Source: an uncultured Fibrobacteraceae bacterium (GTDB lineage Bacteria > Krumholzibacteriota > Krumholzibacteriia > LZORAL124-64-63). From it: 64,000 nt of DNA. Both the position numbers and the translations under genes were made by a program. Location: the NCBI GenBank assembly GCA_964420395.1, contig CAYQTJ010000004.1:2506-66505 (forward strand), read 5' to 3'. This document shows positions 46,413 to 56,506 of the stretch, piece by piece; position 1 is the first letter of the stretch; each line of letters begins with the position of its first letter. The notes under the pieces were generated by a model. The model was not told the origin of the DNA, made no database searches, and saw nothing but the letters and a program-made list of their open reading frames with translations.

Positions 46413-48001
46413 GGAGCCGCGGACGCGCCGACTCCGCCTGGGTGCCCGACCCGGCCTGGCTCCATCCGGACCGGGCGGCGCAGGACGCCGAGGGGATCAG
46501 CGGCGGCTTCCTGCTGCTGGTCACGCTGCTGGCGGCGGTGGTGCGGTTCTACCACCTCGGCGGGCAGCCGCTCTGGGTCGACGAGGAGATGACCTGGGCG
46601 ATGATCCGCCCCGACGCAGGGCTGTCGTTCGGCCGCCAGCTGCTCGACGAGATCCAGGGACCGCTCTATCTCGCGGCGAGCTGGCCGCTGGCGCGGGAGT
46701 TCGGGCTGTCGGAGTCGTGGGTGCGGGCGCCGGCGGCGCTGGCCGGCGTGCTGGCGGTGCCGCTGGCCGGGCTGCTCGGGCGGCGGCTGTGCGGGGCGCG
46801 CACGGGGCGCCTGCTGGCGCTCCTGCTGGCCGTCAGTCCGTTCCACCTCTGGTACAGCCAGGAGGCGCGGGGCTACAGCTTCCTGGTGCTGTTCGCGATC
46901 CTCTCGACCCTGGCCTTCCTGCGGCTCGCGGAGTCGCCGCGCGGCGGACGGGCGGCGGCCTACGCGCTGGCCGCGGCCGCGATGGCCTGGAGCAATCTGT
47001 CGGGGCTGTTCCTGATCGGGGCGCAGGCCGTGGCGGTCCTGATCGTGGTGCGTCCCCGGGGCGCGCGTGCCCGCTGGCTCTGGGTGGCCGCCTTCGGCCT
47101 GGTGGGGCTGGGGGTCCTGCCGTGGCTGCTGCGGGCGTCGGGCATCCTCGCCGTGGACCGGCTGCTGCCGGGGGCGGCGGCCGGCGCGGCGCTGAGGGGG
47201 GAAACCACCTTCAGCCCGCTGGCCCTGCCGTTCACCCTGTTCGCCTTCCTCTTCGGCTACAGCCTCGGCCCGTCGCTCGCGGAACTGCACCAGGCGGATC
47301 GCCTGGGGGTGGTGCGGGCGCACTGGCCGGTGCTGGCCGCGGCGGCCACCGCCGCCGCGGTGGTGCTCGCGGCCGGCGTGGCGCGCCTGGGTCGCCGCAC
47401 CGGGACCCTGCTCGCGCTCTGGATCCTGTTGCCGGCCGCGGCGATCAGCCTGCTGGCGCTGCAGAACGTGAAGCCGTTCAATCCCCGATACCTGGCGGCG
47501 ACCTTCCCGCTGGTGCTGCTGGTCGCGGCCCGCGGCCTGGGGGGGCTGCCACGGCGCCTGGGCCGGGCGGGCGGTTTCCTGCTCTGCGGGCTCTGCCTCT
47601 GGTCGCTCTGGGGCTACCACGGCGACCCGCGCTACGCGAAGGAGGACGTGCGGGACGCGGCGGCGTGGGTCGGGGGGCGGGCCGAAGCGGGCGATCCGGT
47701 GATCGTGCCGGTGATCACCCGGGTCTGGAACCTCTATCACCAGGGACCGGGCCGCGTCGTGCCGATGTGGGAATCGACCACGGTCGCCGATGCCGCCACC
47801 GCGCGCGCCTTCCTGGTCCCGCGGATGGCCGGCGCCGCCCACGGCTTCCTGGTGCTGTCGCGAGCCTGGGAGATCGACCCCGACGGTCGGCTGGCCGCCG
47901 CGCTGGCTAGCGAGGCGCGCGTGGTCGAAGAGGTGCGTTTCCCCGGCGTGCGGGTGATGGAGTGGAGGCGCGAGCCGCCCCGGGCGGGGGACGGGCCATG
48001 A
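46409..48001 (+). CDS. ArnT/PMT-family (GT39/GT83-like) membrane glycosyltransferase.
   Basis: Multi-TM. N-terminal YHLGGQPLWVDEEMTWA (the DE motif) ... FHLWYSQEARGYS. Confidence 0.6.
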   Translation: MRSRGRADSAWVPDPAWLHPDRAAQDAEGISGGFLLLVTLLAAVVRFYHLGGQPLWVDEEMTWAMIRPDAGLSFGRQLLDEIQGPLYLAASWPLAREFGLSESWVRAPAALAGVLAVPLAGLLGRRLCGARTGRLLALLLAVSPFHLWYSQEARGYSFLVLFAILSTLAFLRLAESPRGGRAAAYALAAAAMAWSNLSGLFLIGAQAVAVLIVVRPRGARARWLWVAAFGLVGLGVLPWLLRASGILAVDRLLPGAAAGAALRGETTFSPLALPFTLFAFLFGYSLGPSLAELHQADRLGVVRAHWPVLAAAATAAAVVLAAGVARLGRRTGTLLALWILLPAAAISLLALQNVKPFNPRYLAATFPLVLLVAARGLGGLPRRLGRAGGFLLCGLCLWSLWGYHGDPRYAKEDVRDAAAWVGGRAEAGDPVIVPVITRVWNLYHQGPGRVVPMWESTTVADAATARAFLVPRMAGAAHGFLVLSRAWEIDPDGRLAAALASEARVVEEVRFPGVRVMEWRREPPRAGDGP

Positions 48002-48684
48002 GCCACGATCTCTTCGCGGCGCGGGGGGGCTTCGACGCCTTCCTGGGCGACGCCGCGGGCGACCTGCCGCGCCCGGACACCGTCCCGTTCGCCGTGGGCA
48101 AGCGGCTGTTCGACCTGGCCGCCGCGCTCGGCGGCCTGCTGCTGCTGCTGCCGCTCTTCCCGTTCCTCGTGCTCCTGATCCGTCTCGACACCCCGGGGCC
48201 GATCTTCTTCCGCCAGGAGCGGGTCGGGCGGTACGGGCGCCGGTTCACCTGCTGGAAGTTCCGCTCCATGGTGTGCGATGCCGAGGCGCGCAAGCGGGAC
48301 ATCTCCTATCTCAACGAAGCCACCGGCGCCGCCTTCAAGATCAAGGACGATCCGCGCATCACCGGCGTCGGCCGGTTCATTCGGCGCAGCAGCCTCGACG
48401 AATTCCCGCAGCTGTTCAACGTCCTGCGGGGGGAGATGTCGATCGTCGGACCGCGGCCGCAGATCCCCGACGAGGTGGCACAGTACACGCCACGACAGGC
48501 CGCGCGCCTGCTCGTCAAGCCGGGGCTGACCTGCCTGTGGCAGGTGTCGGGGCGCAGCCAGCTCGATTTCGAGGAGTGGATGTCGCTGGACCTGGAATAC
48601 GTGCGGCGCCGCAGCCTCGGCCTCGACTTCTGGATCCTGGGCCGCACCCTGCCGGCGGTCATCGAGCGCAAAGGCGCGTACTAG
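47998..48684 (+). CDS. Polyprenyl-phosphate sugar-phosphate transferase (bacterial sugar transferase, WbaP/PglC C-terminal-domain type).
   Basis: KRLFDLAAALGGLLLLLPLF...PGPIFFRQERVGRYGRRFTCWKFRSM...DEFPQLFNVLRGEMSIVGPRP. Confidence 0.75.
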   Translation: MSHDLFAARGGFDAFLGDAAGDLPRPDTVPFAVGKRLFDLAAALGGLLLLLPLFPFLVLLIRLDTPGPIFFRQERVGRYGRRFTCWKFRSMVCDAEARKRDISYLNEATGAAFKIKDDPRITGVGRFIRRSSLDEFPQLFNVLRGEMSIVGPRPQIPDEVAQYTPRQAARLLVKPGLTCLWQVSGRSQLDFEEWMSLDLEYVRRRSLGLDFWILGRTLPAVIERKGAY

Positions 48685-48692
48685 GGGGCCTC

Positions 48693-49067
48693 TTGCTCGG
48701 ACTCGGGGCCGACCTGGTGGAGGTTTCGCGCGTGGAGGCGCTGCTGCGGCGTCACGGCGCCCGCTTCCGGGAGCGGATCTCGAGCGCGGCCGAGCTGGCC
48801 GGCGGTCCCGCGGCGACCGCCGCCGGCGAGGCGGCGGCGCTGGCGGAGCGCTGGGCGGCCAAGGAGGCCTGCCTGAAGGCGCTGGGGGCGGGCGCCGCCG
48901 GCGTGCCCCTGTCGGCGATCGAGGTGATCGCCGGGCGGGAGGGGGCGCCGGCGCTGCGGCTGCGGGGGGCCGCGGCGGCGGCGCTGGCGGCGATGGGGGG
49001 CAGCTCGGCCCACCTCGCGCTCGCGCGGGCCGGCGACTGGGCCGCGGCGCTCGTGGCGATCGCCTGA
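48693..49067 (+). CDS. acpS: Holo-[acyl-carrier-protein] synthase (4'-phosphopantetheinyl transferase).
   Basis: LGLGADLVEVSRVE (GxDxxEixR) ... WAAKEACLKALG. TTG start inferred. Confidence 0.55.
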   Translation: MLGLGADLVEVSRVEALLRRHGARFRERISSAAELAGGPAATAAGEAAALAERWAAKEACLKALGAGAAGVPLSAIEVIAGREGAPALRLRGAAAAALAAMGGSSAHLALARAGDWAAALVAIA

Positions 49068-49168
49068 GATGACGCGGCGGAGGGAGCTTGCCCGGCCGCG
49101 CTCCTGCGGATATCATCCGGCTGCCGACGATCGGGCGAAACCGCGGTCGTTCCGGGAGGGACGTGCCT

Positions 49169-50101
49169 TTGCTCCGGCTGGACTACCTGCAGTTGGACGT
49201 CTTCACCGACCGCCCGTTCGGGGGGAGTCGGCTCACGCTCTTTCCGCGCGGCGAGGGGCTCTCCGGCCGCCTGATGCAGGCCATCGCCGGCGAGGTGGGC
49301 TGCGGCGAGACCGCCTTCGTGCTGCCCAGCCGCCAGCGTCGGCAGAACTGGTGGGCGCTGCGCATCTTCACGCCCCGCGCGGAGATCCCGTTCGCCGGCC
49401 ATTCGGTGCTCGGCGCCGCCTGCGCGCTCGACCACCTCGGCCTGCTCGCGCACAGTGGCGATCGCACGCTGTGCGAGTGGGAACTCGAGGCGGGGTATTT
49501 TCCGGTGGTGATCCGGGACGAGGGGGGCAGTCCCCTCTACAGCCTCGTGCACAACCCGCCGGTGTTCCTCGGCCGCTACTACCACCGGGATCGCGTGGCG
49601 CGTGCGCTTGGCCTGCCGGTGGAAGAGCTGGCGATCACCGGACTGCCGTGCGAGGTGATCTCGACCGGCCTGCCGATCCACGTCGTGCCGGTCGGCTCGC
49701 TGGCTGCCGTGCAGAGCATCGTGCCGCGCGCGGCCGAGACCGAGGCGATCGCCGCCGATCTCGGCTTCGGCGACCTGTTCGTGTTCACGTGCGAGACGGA
49801 AGCCGAAGACGCCGACGTGCATTGCCGGATGTTCGCGCCCCACTTCGGCATTCCCGAGGATCCGGCGAGCGGCTCGGCCATGGGGGCGCTGGCGGCGTAC
49901 CTGATCAAGCACCGCCTCGTGGCCATGGAGCCGCACCTGCGGCTCGTCGGCGAGCAGGGGCTGGAGATGGGCCGTCCCAGCCGCCTGATCGTCGAGGCCG
50001 AGATCGAGAACGGACAGGCCAGCCTGATCCAGGTGGGGGGGCGCTGCCTCGTCGTGGGCGAGGGGCGGCTCACCCTCGCGGGTGACCCCTTCGCGAGTTG
50101 A
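49169..50101 (+). CDS. PhzF-family isomerase-like protein.
   Basis: LDYLQLDVFTDRPFGG...GETAFVLP N-terminal signature. TTG start inferred. Confidence 0.6.
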   Translation: MLRLDYLQLDVFTDRPFGGSRLTLFPRGEGLSGRLMQAIAGEVGCGETAFVLPSRQRRQNWWALRIFTPRAEIPFAGHSVLGAACALDHLGLLAHSGDRTLCEWELEAGYFPVVIRDEGGSPLYSLVHNPPVFLGRYYHRDRVARALGLPVEELAITGLPCEVISTGLPIHVVPVGSLAAVQSIVPRAAETEAIAADLGFGDLFVFTCETEAEDADVHCRMFAPHFGIPEDPASGSAMGALAAYLIKHRLVAMEPHLRLVGEQGLEMGRPSRLIVEAEIENGQASLIQVGGRCLVVGEGRLTLAGDPFAS

Positions 50102-50138
50102 ATCCTGCGACTGCCGGAGCGAAAGGAGCCGACGCCCG

Positions 50139-51797
50139 ATGACCACGCCCGCCGGACTGAGCCCCGAGATGTGCGACATGGTGGTGCAGACCCTGCGCCA
50201 GGTGGTGAAGCGCGACCTTCCCGACGAACGGGTGCTGGCGCTCGATCACGACGAGACCTTCCCGGAGGAGTTCATCCGAACCCTGCTTTCGCCCGAGGTG
50301 GGACTGCACCTGCTGTTCCTCCCCGAAGCCGTGGGGGGGCTCGGCGGCGGCGCGCGCGACATCTGCCGCGTCTCGGAAGAGATGGCGGGCATCGACCTGG
50401 GGGTGGCCACCGCGTTCCTGGCCATCTGCCTCGGAACCGATCCGATCATCGTGGGGGGCACGCCGGAGCAGAAGACGCGCTGGTTGTCGCGCATCGCGGG
50501 CGAGGGGCTGATCGTCGCCTACGGCGTGACCGAGCCGGCGGCCGGCAGCAACGTGGCGGCGCTCCAGACGCGGGCCGAGCCGGTGCGCGATCCGGCCGGC
50601 ACGATCACGCACTACCGCCTCAACGGCGCGAAGCAGTTCATCACCAATGGCGGCGTGGCGCAGCTGTACACGATCCTGGCGCAGGCCCCCGCGGGGCCGA
50701 CATTCTTCGTGGTGGAGCGCGACACGCCCGGGGTGTCGGCCGGCAGGCAGGAGGACAAGCACGGCATCCGGGCGTCCAACACGACCAGCGTCCTGCTCGA
50801 GGACGTGCTGGTGCCGGCGGACCAGTTGATCGGTCTCGAGGAGGGGCGGGGCCTGAAGCAGGCCAACGCGGTCTTCGGCTACACGCGGCTCATGGTGGGC
50901 GCGTTCGGGCTCGGCGCGGGCCAGATGGCGCTCGACCGGGCGCTCGACTACGCCCGCTCGCGCGTCCAGTTCGGCTCGCCGCTGATCGAGAAGCAGGGTT
51001 ACACGCACAAGCTGCTGGTGCCGAACTGGGTCGACCTGGCGGCCGGCCGGGCGTACGTGCGGGAGATCGCGCTGCGCATCGACTCGGGGGAGCACGACCT
51101 GCAGGTGGAGGGCTCGATCGCCAAGCTCTGGTGCACCGAGGCGGGCAACCGCGCCGCGGACGCCGCGCTGCAGGCCTTCGGCGGCTATGGCTACACGCGC
51201 GAGTACATGGTCGAGAAGATCCGGCGCGACGTGCGCATCACGAGCATCTACGAGGGAACCAGCGAGATCCAGCAGAGCATCATCGGACTGTTCCGCTGGA
51301 AGGAGACCGTCCGCTCGAAGGGGGCCTTCTACGGCGACGCCGCCGCCTCGCTCGACGCGCTGCACGAGCGGCATCCGCAGGTGGGGGCCCGGCTCGCGGC
51401 GGTGGCGCTGCGCACGCTGGGGGAGGCGATCCTCCATTGCCACGCGGCGGGGTTGACCAGGCAGCAGATCGTCCAGTTCACCCTCGCCGACATGGCCACG
51501 GCGGCGGAGGTGGCGGGGGCGTTCTGCCGCCTGACCGCCGCCGAGGCCGACGCCGGCGCGGCCGACGCGACGACGCGGGCCGCGATGAGCCGGCAGTGCG
51601 CGCGGCAGGCGCTGGCGGCGGTGCGGCGCGGAGCCCTGGAGTGCGCGTTGGGCCAGGTCGATCCGGCGGACGAGGCGCAACTGGCACAGGCGGCGCCGGC
51701 GGTGGCGACCCTGGCGCCGGTGGAGGCCTGGCGGACCCTGGCGGGCGGGTGGCGGGACCACGATCTGATCGCGCAGCACCTGCGGGGGCTCGCCTAG
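50139..51797 (+). CDS. Acyl-CoA dehydrogenase-family protein with a C-terminal extension of about 170 aa.
   Basis: ACAD N, middle and C domains: YGVTEPAAGSN, GAKQFITNG, YEGTSEIQQ. They are followed by an Ala-rich extension with no recognised domain. Confidence 0.7.
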   Translation: MTTPAGLSPEMCDMVVQTLRQVVKRDLPDERVLALDHDETFPEEFIRTLLSPEVGLHLLFLPEAVGGLGGGARDICRVSEEMAGIDLGVATAFLAICLGTDPIIVGGTPEQKTRWLSRIAGEGLIVAYGVTEPAAGSNVAALQTRAEPVRDPAGTITHYRLNGAKQFITNGGVAQLYTILAQAPAGPTFFVVERDTPGVSAGRQEDKHGIRASNTTSVLLEDVLVPADQLIGLEEGRGLKQANAVFGYTRLMVGAFGLGAGQMALDRALDYARSRVQFGSPLIEKQGYTHKLLVPNWVDLAAGRAYVREIALRIDSGEHDLQVEGSIAKLWCTEAGNRAADAALQAFGGYGYTREYMVEKIRRDVRITSIYEGTSEIQQSIIGLFRWKETVRSKGAFYGDAAASLDALHERHPQVGARLAAVALRTLGEAILHCHAAGLTRQQIVQFTLADMATAAEVAGAFCRLTAAEADAGAADATTRAAMSRQCARQALAAVRRGALECALGQVDPADEAQLAQAAPAVATLAPVEAWRTLAGGWRDHDLIAQHLRGLA

Positions 51798-51902
51798 GTC
51801 CGGATGGCGCCGCCGCGCCGCTCAAGCCGGGGGCGGGAGGCGCGATGTACAGACGCTGGCGGTCGCGGAGCGCCTCGCCGCCGCGGAGCCGGCAGGAGTG
51901 GC

Positions 51903-52703
51903 ATGGATGAGCCGGACGAAATGTCATGGACGACCCACCCGTTCCGCCGCCACCCCGGGCGCGGCCTGGCCGGTCTCGGCGTGAGCCTCGCCGCGCTGGC
52001 GCTGGTGCAGGCGTGGGCGCGGACGGCCGCGCTCACCGGGCTGGGGGCGCTGCTGCTGGCGGTGTCGCTCTGGCCGTTCTACTTCCCCACGCGCTGGCGG
52101 GTCGACGGGACCGGCGTCGCGGCCGACTACGGGCTGTGGCGACGGCGATGGCCCTGGGAGCGTTTCCGGGCCTGCGTCCCGCTGCCGGGCGCGGTGGTGC
52201 TGACCCCCCTTCGCCCGGCCGCACCCGCTGGAGCGCTGGCGCGCGGTCGTGGTGCCGTGCCCGGACGCGGGGGAGCGGCTGCTGGCGACGCTGTCCCGGC
52301 GTCTGCCCTGCCGGGACGGGAAGGGGGGGGGTGCCGCGTGAACGCGCCCCGGTCCCAGCCGCCGGCCCTGCCCGGCGCGGCGGCGCTCGCCGAAGCGACC
52401 GGCCCTCGGCCCGCCACACTCGAGGCCGCGGACGACCTCCTGCTGGCCGAACTGGCCCTCGCGGTGCAGCGGCGCGGCCTGGCCACCCCCGCGGTGCTTT
52501 GGCTGGAGAGCCTGCGGCCGCTCTCGTTCGTCGGCGCGCAGGCGATGCACGCGCTGACCCCCTTCGTCCAACTGCTGACCAGGGGTGCCCGGTTCGAACG
52601 GCTCGCCGAGATCTTCGAGGATCGCGGGCACCTGGAGCGCTTCCTGCGCCTGATCGAGACCGCGGCGGCGGCGCCGGCCGCAAGGACGGAGGGCCCGCAG
52701 TGA
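51903..52703 (+). CDS. Hypothetical protein with an N-terminal TM hairpin and a C-terminal soluble domain. First gene of a seven-gene operon.
   Basis: Hydrophobic segments GLAGLGVSLAALALV and LTGLGALLLAVSLWPFYF. The stop overlaps the next start. Confidence 0.4.
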   Translation: MDEPDEMSWTTHPFRRHPGRGLAGLGVSLAALALVQAWARTAALTGLGALLLAVSLWPFYFPTRWRVDGTGVAADYGLWRRRWPWERFRACVPLPGAVVLTPLRPAAPAGALARGRGAVPGRGGAAAGDAVPASALPGREGGGCRVNAPRSQPPALPGAAALAEATGPRPATLEAADDLLLAELALAVQRRGLATPAVLWLESLRPLSFVGAQAMHALTPFVQLLTRGARFERLAEIFEDRGHLERFLRLIETAAAAPAARTEGPQ

Positions 52704-54553
52704 GCGCCCCCGCCGGCGGTCCGCACCCGGCCGCGCCGCCCCCCGCCGCCTGCGACGTCATTCTGGTCACCGACTGCGGATCGACCTCGACGAAGGCGAT
52801 CCTCGTCGAGCGCCGCGACGGACGGTTCCGCCTGACCGCCCGGGGCGAGGCGCCGACGACCGTGGAGGCCCCCTGGGAGGACGTCACGCGCGGCGTGCGC
52901 AACGCGATCGCCGAAGTGTCCGAACTGTCCGGCCGGCGGCTCCTCGACCCCGCGACCGGCGCCCTGCTCCGCCCGGCGCGCGACGGCGAGGGGGTGGACC
53001 TCTTCCTCAGCACCAGCAGCGCCGGCGGCGGGCTGCAGATGCTGGTGGCGGGAGTCGTGCGCAACATGACCGCCGAGAGCGCCGAGCGGGCCGCGCTGGG
53101 CGCCGGGGCCATCGTGATGGACGTCATCGCGTTCAACGATCCGCGCCGGCCGCACGAGCAGATCGAGCGGATCCGGCAGCTTCGTCCCGACATGATCCTG
53201 CTCAGCGGCGCCGTCGACGGGGGCAGCACCAGCCACGTGGTCAAGCTGGCGGAGCTGGTCGCCGCGGCCGAGCCGCGGCCGCGCCTCGGCGGGGCGGGCG
53301 AGCTGCCGGTCGTCTACGCGGGCAACGTCGACGCGCGGGCCGCGGTCGCCGCCGCCTTCGGCGGCCGGGTGGACCTCGTGATGGTGGACAACCTGCGGCC
53401 GGTCCTGGAGCGGGAGAACCTCGGTCCGGCGCGGGAGAAGATCCACGACGTCTTCCTGGAGCACGTCATGGCGCGGGCGCCCGGCTACCTCGCCCTGATG
53501 GCCATGTGCGACCATCCGATCATGCCTACGCCCGCGGCCGTCGGCATGATGGTGCAGTCGATCTCGGCCGAGGGGGGGCGCGACGTGCTGGCGGTCGACA
53601 TCGGCGGCGCCACGACCGATGTCTTCTCCGTCTTCGACGGGCAGTTCAACCGCACGGTCAGCGCGAACCTGGGGATGAGCTACAGCGTGGCCAACGTGCT
53701 GCGCAGCGCGGGGCTGGAGAACGTGAAGCGGTGGGTGCCGGCGCCGATCGAGGAGCGCGACCTGCGGGATCGCCTGCTCAACAAGATGATCCGCCCCACG
53801 ACGCTCCCGCAGCTGATGAGCGACCTGCTCGTGGAGCAGGCGGTGGCCCGGGAGGCGCTGCGCCTCGCCTTCGCGCAGCACCGGGCTTTCGCCACGCGAC
53901 GCCTGATGGGGGTCCACCGGCGGCGCACCATCGGCGACGCCTTCCGGCAGGACGACGAGGACCAGAGCCTCGTCAACCTGCTGGACCTCGACCTGCTCAT
54001 CGGATCGGGCGGGGTGCTCTCGCACGCGCCGCGCCGCGCGCAGGCGGCGCTGATGCTGGTGGACGCCTTCCTGCCCGAGGGGCTGACCAGGCTGGCCGTG
54101 GATTCGGTGTTCATGCTGCCGCAACTCGGGGTGCTCAACGGCGTCCACCCGGTCGCGGCGCACGAGGTATTGGCGAGCGACTGCCTGATCCCGCTGGGCT
54201 CCTGCCTGGCGCCCGTCGGTCCGGCGCTCCGGCCCGGCAGCCCGCTGGCGCGCGTGACGCTGGCGCTGGAGAGCGGCGCCACGCTGGAGGCGCGGGTGCT
54301 GGCGGGGGAAGTCGAACTGCTGCCGCTGGCGCGCGGCACGCGGGCGCGGCTGCGGGTGGAGCCGGGCCGCGGCTTCGACGTCGGGCGCGGCCCCGGCACC
54401 CCGCTCGAGACCGATGTCGCGGGGGGCGAGGTGGGCCTGATCCTGGACGGCCGCGGCCGGCCCCTGGCCTGGCCGGCGCGCGAGAGCGAGCGCCTCGATT
54501 GCCTGCGGCGGTGGCATGCCGCGCTCGACATCTACCCCGAGGGAGCCGCGTGA
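52700..54553 (+). CDS. ASKHA-superfamily ATPase of the GlmL/MutL (glutamate-mutase reactivase-like) type.
   Basis: N-terminal phosphate-1 motif ILVTDCGSTSTKAILVE. Second-lobe motif VLAVDIGGATTDVFSV. At 617 aa it is longer than canonical GlmL. GTG start overlaps the upstream stop. Confidence 0.45.
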   Translation: MSAPAGGPHPAAPPPAACDVILVTDCGSTSTKAILVERRDGRFRLTARGEAPTTVEAPWEDVTRGVRNAIAEVSELSGRRLLDPATGALLRPARDGEGVDLFLSTSSAGGGLQMLVAGVVRNMTAESAERAALGAGAIVMDVIAFNDPRRPHEQIERIRQLRPDMILLSGAVDGGSTSHVVKLAELVAAAEPRPRLGGAGELPVVYAGNVDARAAVAAAFGGRVDLVMVDNLRPVLERENLGPAREKIHDVFLEHVMARAPGYLALMAMCDHPIMPTPAAVGMMVQSISAEGGRDVLAVDIGGATTDVFSVFDGQFNRTVSANLGMSYSVANVLRSAGLENVKRWVPAPIEERDLRDRLLNKMIRPTTLPQLMSDLLVEQAVAREALRLAFAQHRAFATRRLMGVHRRRTIGDAFRQDDEDQSLVNLLDLDLLIGSGGVLSHAPRRAQAALMLVDAFLPEGLTRLAVDSVFMLPQLGVLNGVHPVAAHEVLASDCLIPLGSCLAPVGPALRPGSPLARVTLALESGATLEARVLAGEVELLPLARGTRARLRVEPGRGFDVGRGPGTPLETDVAGGEVGLILDGRGRPLAWPARESERLDCLRRWHAALDIYPEGAA

Positions 54554-55665
54554 GCCACGCCTATTATCCCGGCCTGCGGGCCAGCGAGTGGGTCGCCCTG
54601 CGGCGGGAGCGCTTCCTGCCGGTCGAGGGCGAGGTCCTGGTGCGCGAAGGGCAGACGGTCGCGTCGGACACCGTGGTGGCGCGCACGATCCTGCGGGGGA
54701 CGCTCACGCCGGTGAACGTGGCGGCCAGTCTGGGGGTCGAGCCGGGCGAGGTCAACGAGGCGCTCCTGAAGCGCGCCGGCGAGGCGGTGTGCCAGGGCGA
54801 GCTGCTCGCCCGCACGAAGGGGGTCTTCGGGCTGTTGCGGGCCGAGTGCCGGGCGCCGGTCACCGGCACGATCGCCACGGCCTCGGTCGCGACCGGTCAG
54901 GTGATGATCGAGGGGCCGCCGCTGCCGGTGGAGGTCAAGGCGCACCTGGCCGGCACGGTGGTGTCGGTGCGGCCGGGGCGCGGGGCGACGATCGCCGCCG
55001 CGGGCACCTGGATCCAGGGGATCTTCGGCATCGGCGGCGAGGCGTGGGGGGCGATCGTCCTGGGGGTCTCGGCGCCGAGCGAACGGCTGACGGAGAAGGA
55101 GATCACCCCCGAGCTGCAGGGCAAGATCGTCGTGGGGGGCGCGCTGGTCACGCGTGAGGCGCTGGCGCGCGCCGCGCAACTCGGGATCGGCGCGATCGTC
55201 ACCGGCGGCGTGCACGCGCTCGATCTGGGCGAATTCATGGGTTGCGAGATCGGCGCCGGCGTGACCGGCGCCGAGCAGGTCGGCCTGACCCTGATCGTGA
55301 CCGAGGGTTTCGGCGAGATCGCCATGGCGCGCCGCACCTTCCGGCTGCTCGGCCAGCGCGAGGGCTTCCTGGCGAGCGTGAGCGGAGCCACCCAGATCCG
55401 GTCCGGGGTGCTGCGCCCCGAGATCATCGTGCCGGCGGCGACGGGGGAGCGCGGCGCGGCGGACGCCGTGGCGGCCGACGGCATCGCCGTCGGCACCTCC
55501 GTGCGGCTGGTGCGCGCGCCGCACTTCGGACAGCTCGGGACGGTGGTGGCCCTGCCGCCCGACCCGTGCGCGGTGGCGAGCGGCGCGGTCGTGCGGATCC
55601 TCGAGGCCGAACTGGAATCGGGCGTGCGGGTCACCGTGCCGCGCAGCAACGTCGAACTGTTCTGA
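54550..55665 (+). CDS. Hypothetical soluble protein with an N-terminal barrel-sandwich-hybrid / lipoyl-like domain.
   Basis: LPVEGEVLVREGQTVASDTVVAR, then Gly-rich GKIVVGGALVT...GIGAIVTGGV segments. GTG start overlaps the upstream stop. No confident family. Confidence 0.4.
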   Translation: MSHAYYPGLRASEWVALRRERFLPVEGEVLVREGQTVASDTVVARTILRGTLTPVNVAASLGVEPGEVNEALLKRAGEAVCQGELLARTKGVFGLLRAECRAPVTGTIATASVATGQVMIEGPPLPVEVKAHLAGTVVSVRPGRGATIAAAGTWIQGIFGIGGEAWGAIVLGVSAPSERLTEKEITPELQGKIVVGGALVTREALARAAQLGIGAIVTGGVHALDLGEFMGCEIGAGVTGAEQVGLTLIVTEGFGEIAMARRTFRLLGQREGFLASVSGATQIRSGVLRPEIIVPAATGERGAADAVAADGIAVGTSVRLVRAPHFGQLGTVVALPPDPCAVASGAVVRILEAELESGVRVTVPRSNVELF

Positions 55666-55686
55666 GCCGCTCCGCGAGGAGGCCGC

Positions 55687-56505
55687 GTGGACGCCTGGTT
55701 TGCGCCGGAAAGCTGGAACCTGGCGCTGTTCGCGCTGGTCGTGGGCGGGACGATCATGCTTTCCATCCGCCGGGCCGAACGGGGCCGGCCGCCCCGCGTG
55801 CGCCGCCTGCCGGGCGTGGACGCGATCGCGGAGGCGGTGGGCCGGGCGGTGGAACTGGGGCGGCCGGTGCTGTTCGTGCCCGGCTCGCGCGACCTCGACA
55901 ACGTGCAGACGGTGGCCGGTCTGGCGCTGCTGGGCGAGGTGGCCGGACTGGCCGCCCGGCTGGAGTGCCAGCTCCAGGTTCCGACCAGCCGGAGCCTCGT
56001 GCTGGCGGCCGCCCGCGACGCCTGCCGCACCGCCTTCATCTCCGCCGGCCGCGCGGAGGCCTGGCGTGACGAGACCGTCAGCTACGTCTCGGACGACCAG
56101 CTCGGGCTGGCGGCGCGCGTGGACGGGATGATCGCCCGCGACCGCCCCGCGGCCTGCCTGCTGTTCGGCTTCTTCGGCGCGGAATCGCTGCTGATGGCCG
56201 AGGCGGGCGCGCAGGCGGGGGCGATCCAGATCGCCGGCACCGCGGAGAAGAGCCAGTTGCCGCTGTTCGTGGCGGCGTGCGATTACACCCTCATCGGCGA
56301 GGAGCTCTTCGCCGCCAGCGCCTGCCTGACGGGTGAGCCGGCGCTGCTCGGCACGCTGCGCGGACAGGATCTGGGCAAGGCGTTCGCGGCGGCCTGCCTG
56401 GTCGCCGGCGCTCTGCTCGCCACGGCCGCCACGCTCACGGACTGGGCGCCGCTGGTGGCGCTGCGCGCCGCCTTCCTGCGCCTCTTCGAGACGGGGGTCG
56501 GCTGA
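55687..56505 (+). CDS. Hypothetical membrane-associated protein.
   Basis: N-terminal TM LALFALVVGGTIMLSI and C-terminal hydrophobic segments. Same operon. Confidence 0.4.
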   Translation: MDAWFAPESWNLALFALVVGGTIMLSIRRAERGRPPRVRRLPGVDAIAEAVGRAVELGRPVLFVPGSRDLDNVQTVAGLALLGEVAGLAARLECQLQVPTSRSLVLAAARDACRTAFISAGRAEAWRDETVSYVSDDQLGLAARVDGMIARDRPAACLLFGFFGAESLLMAEAGAQAGAIQIAGTAEKSQLPLFVAACDYTLIGEELFAASACLTGEPALLGTLRGQDLGKAFAAACLVAGALLATAATLTDWAPLVALRAAFLRLFETGVG

Positions 56506-56506
56506 C

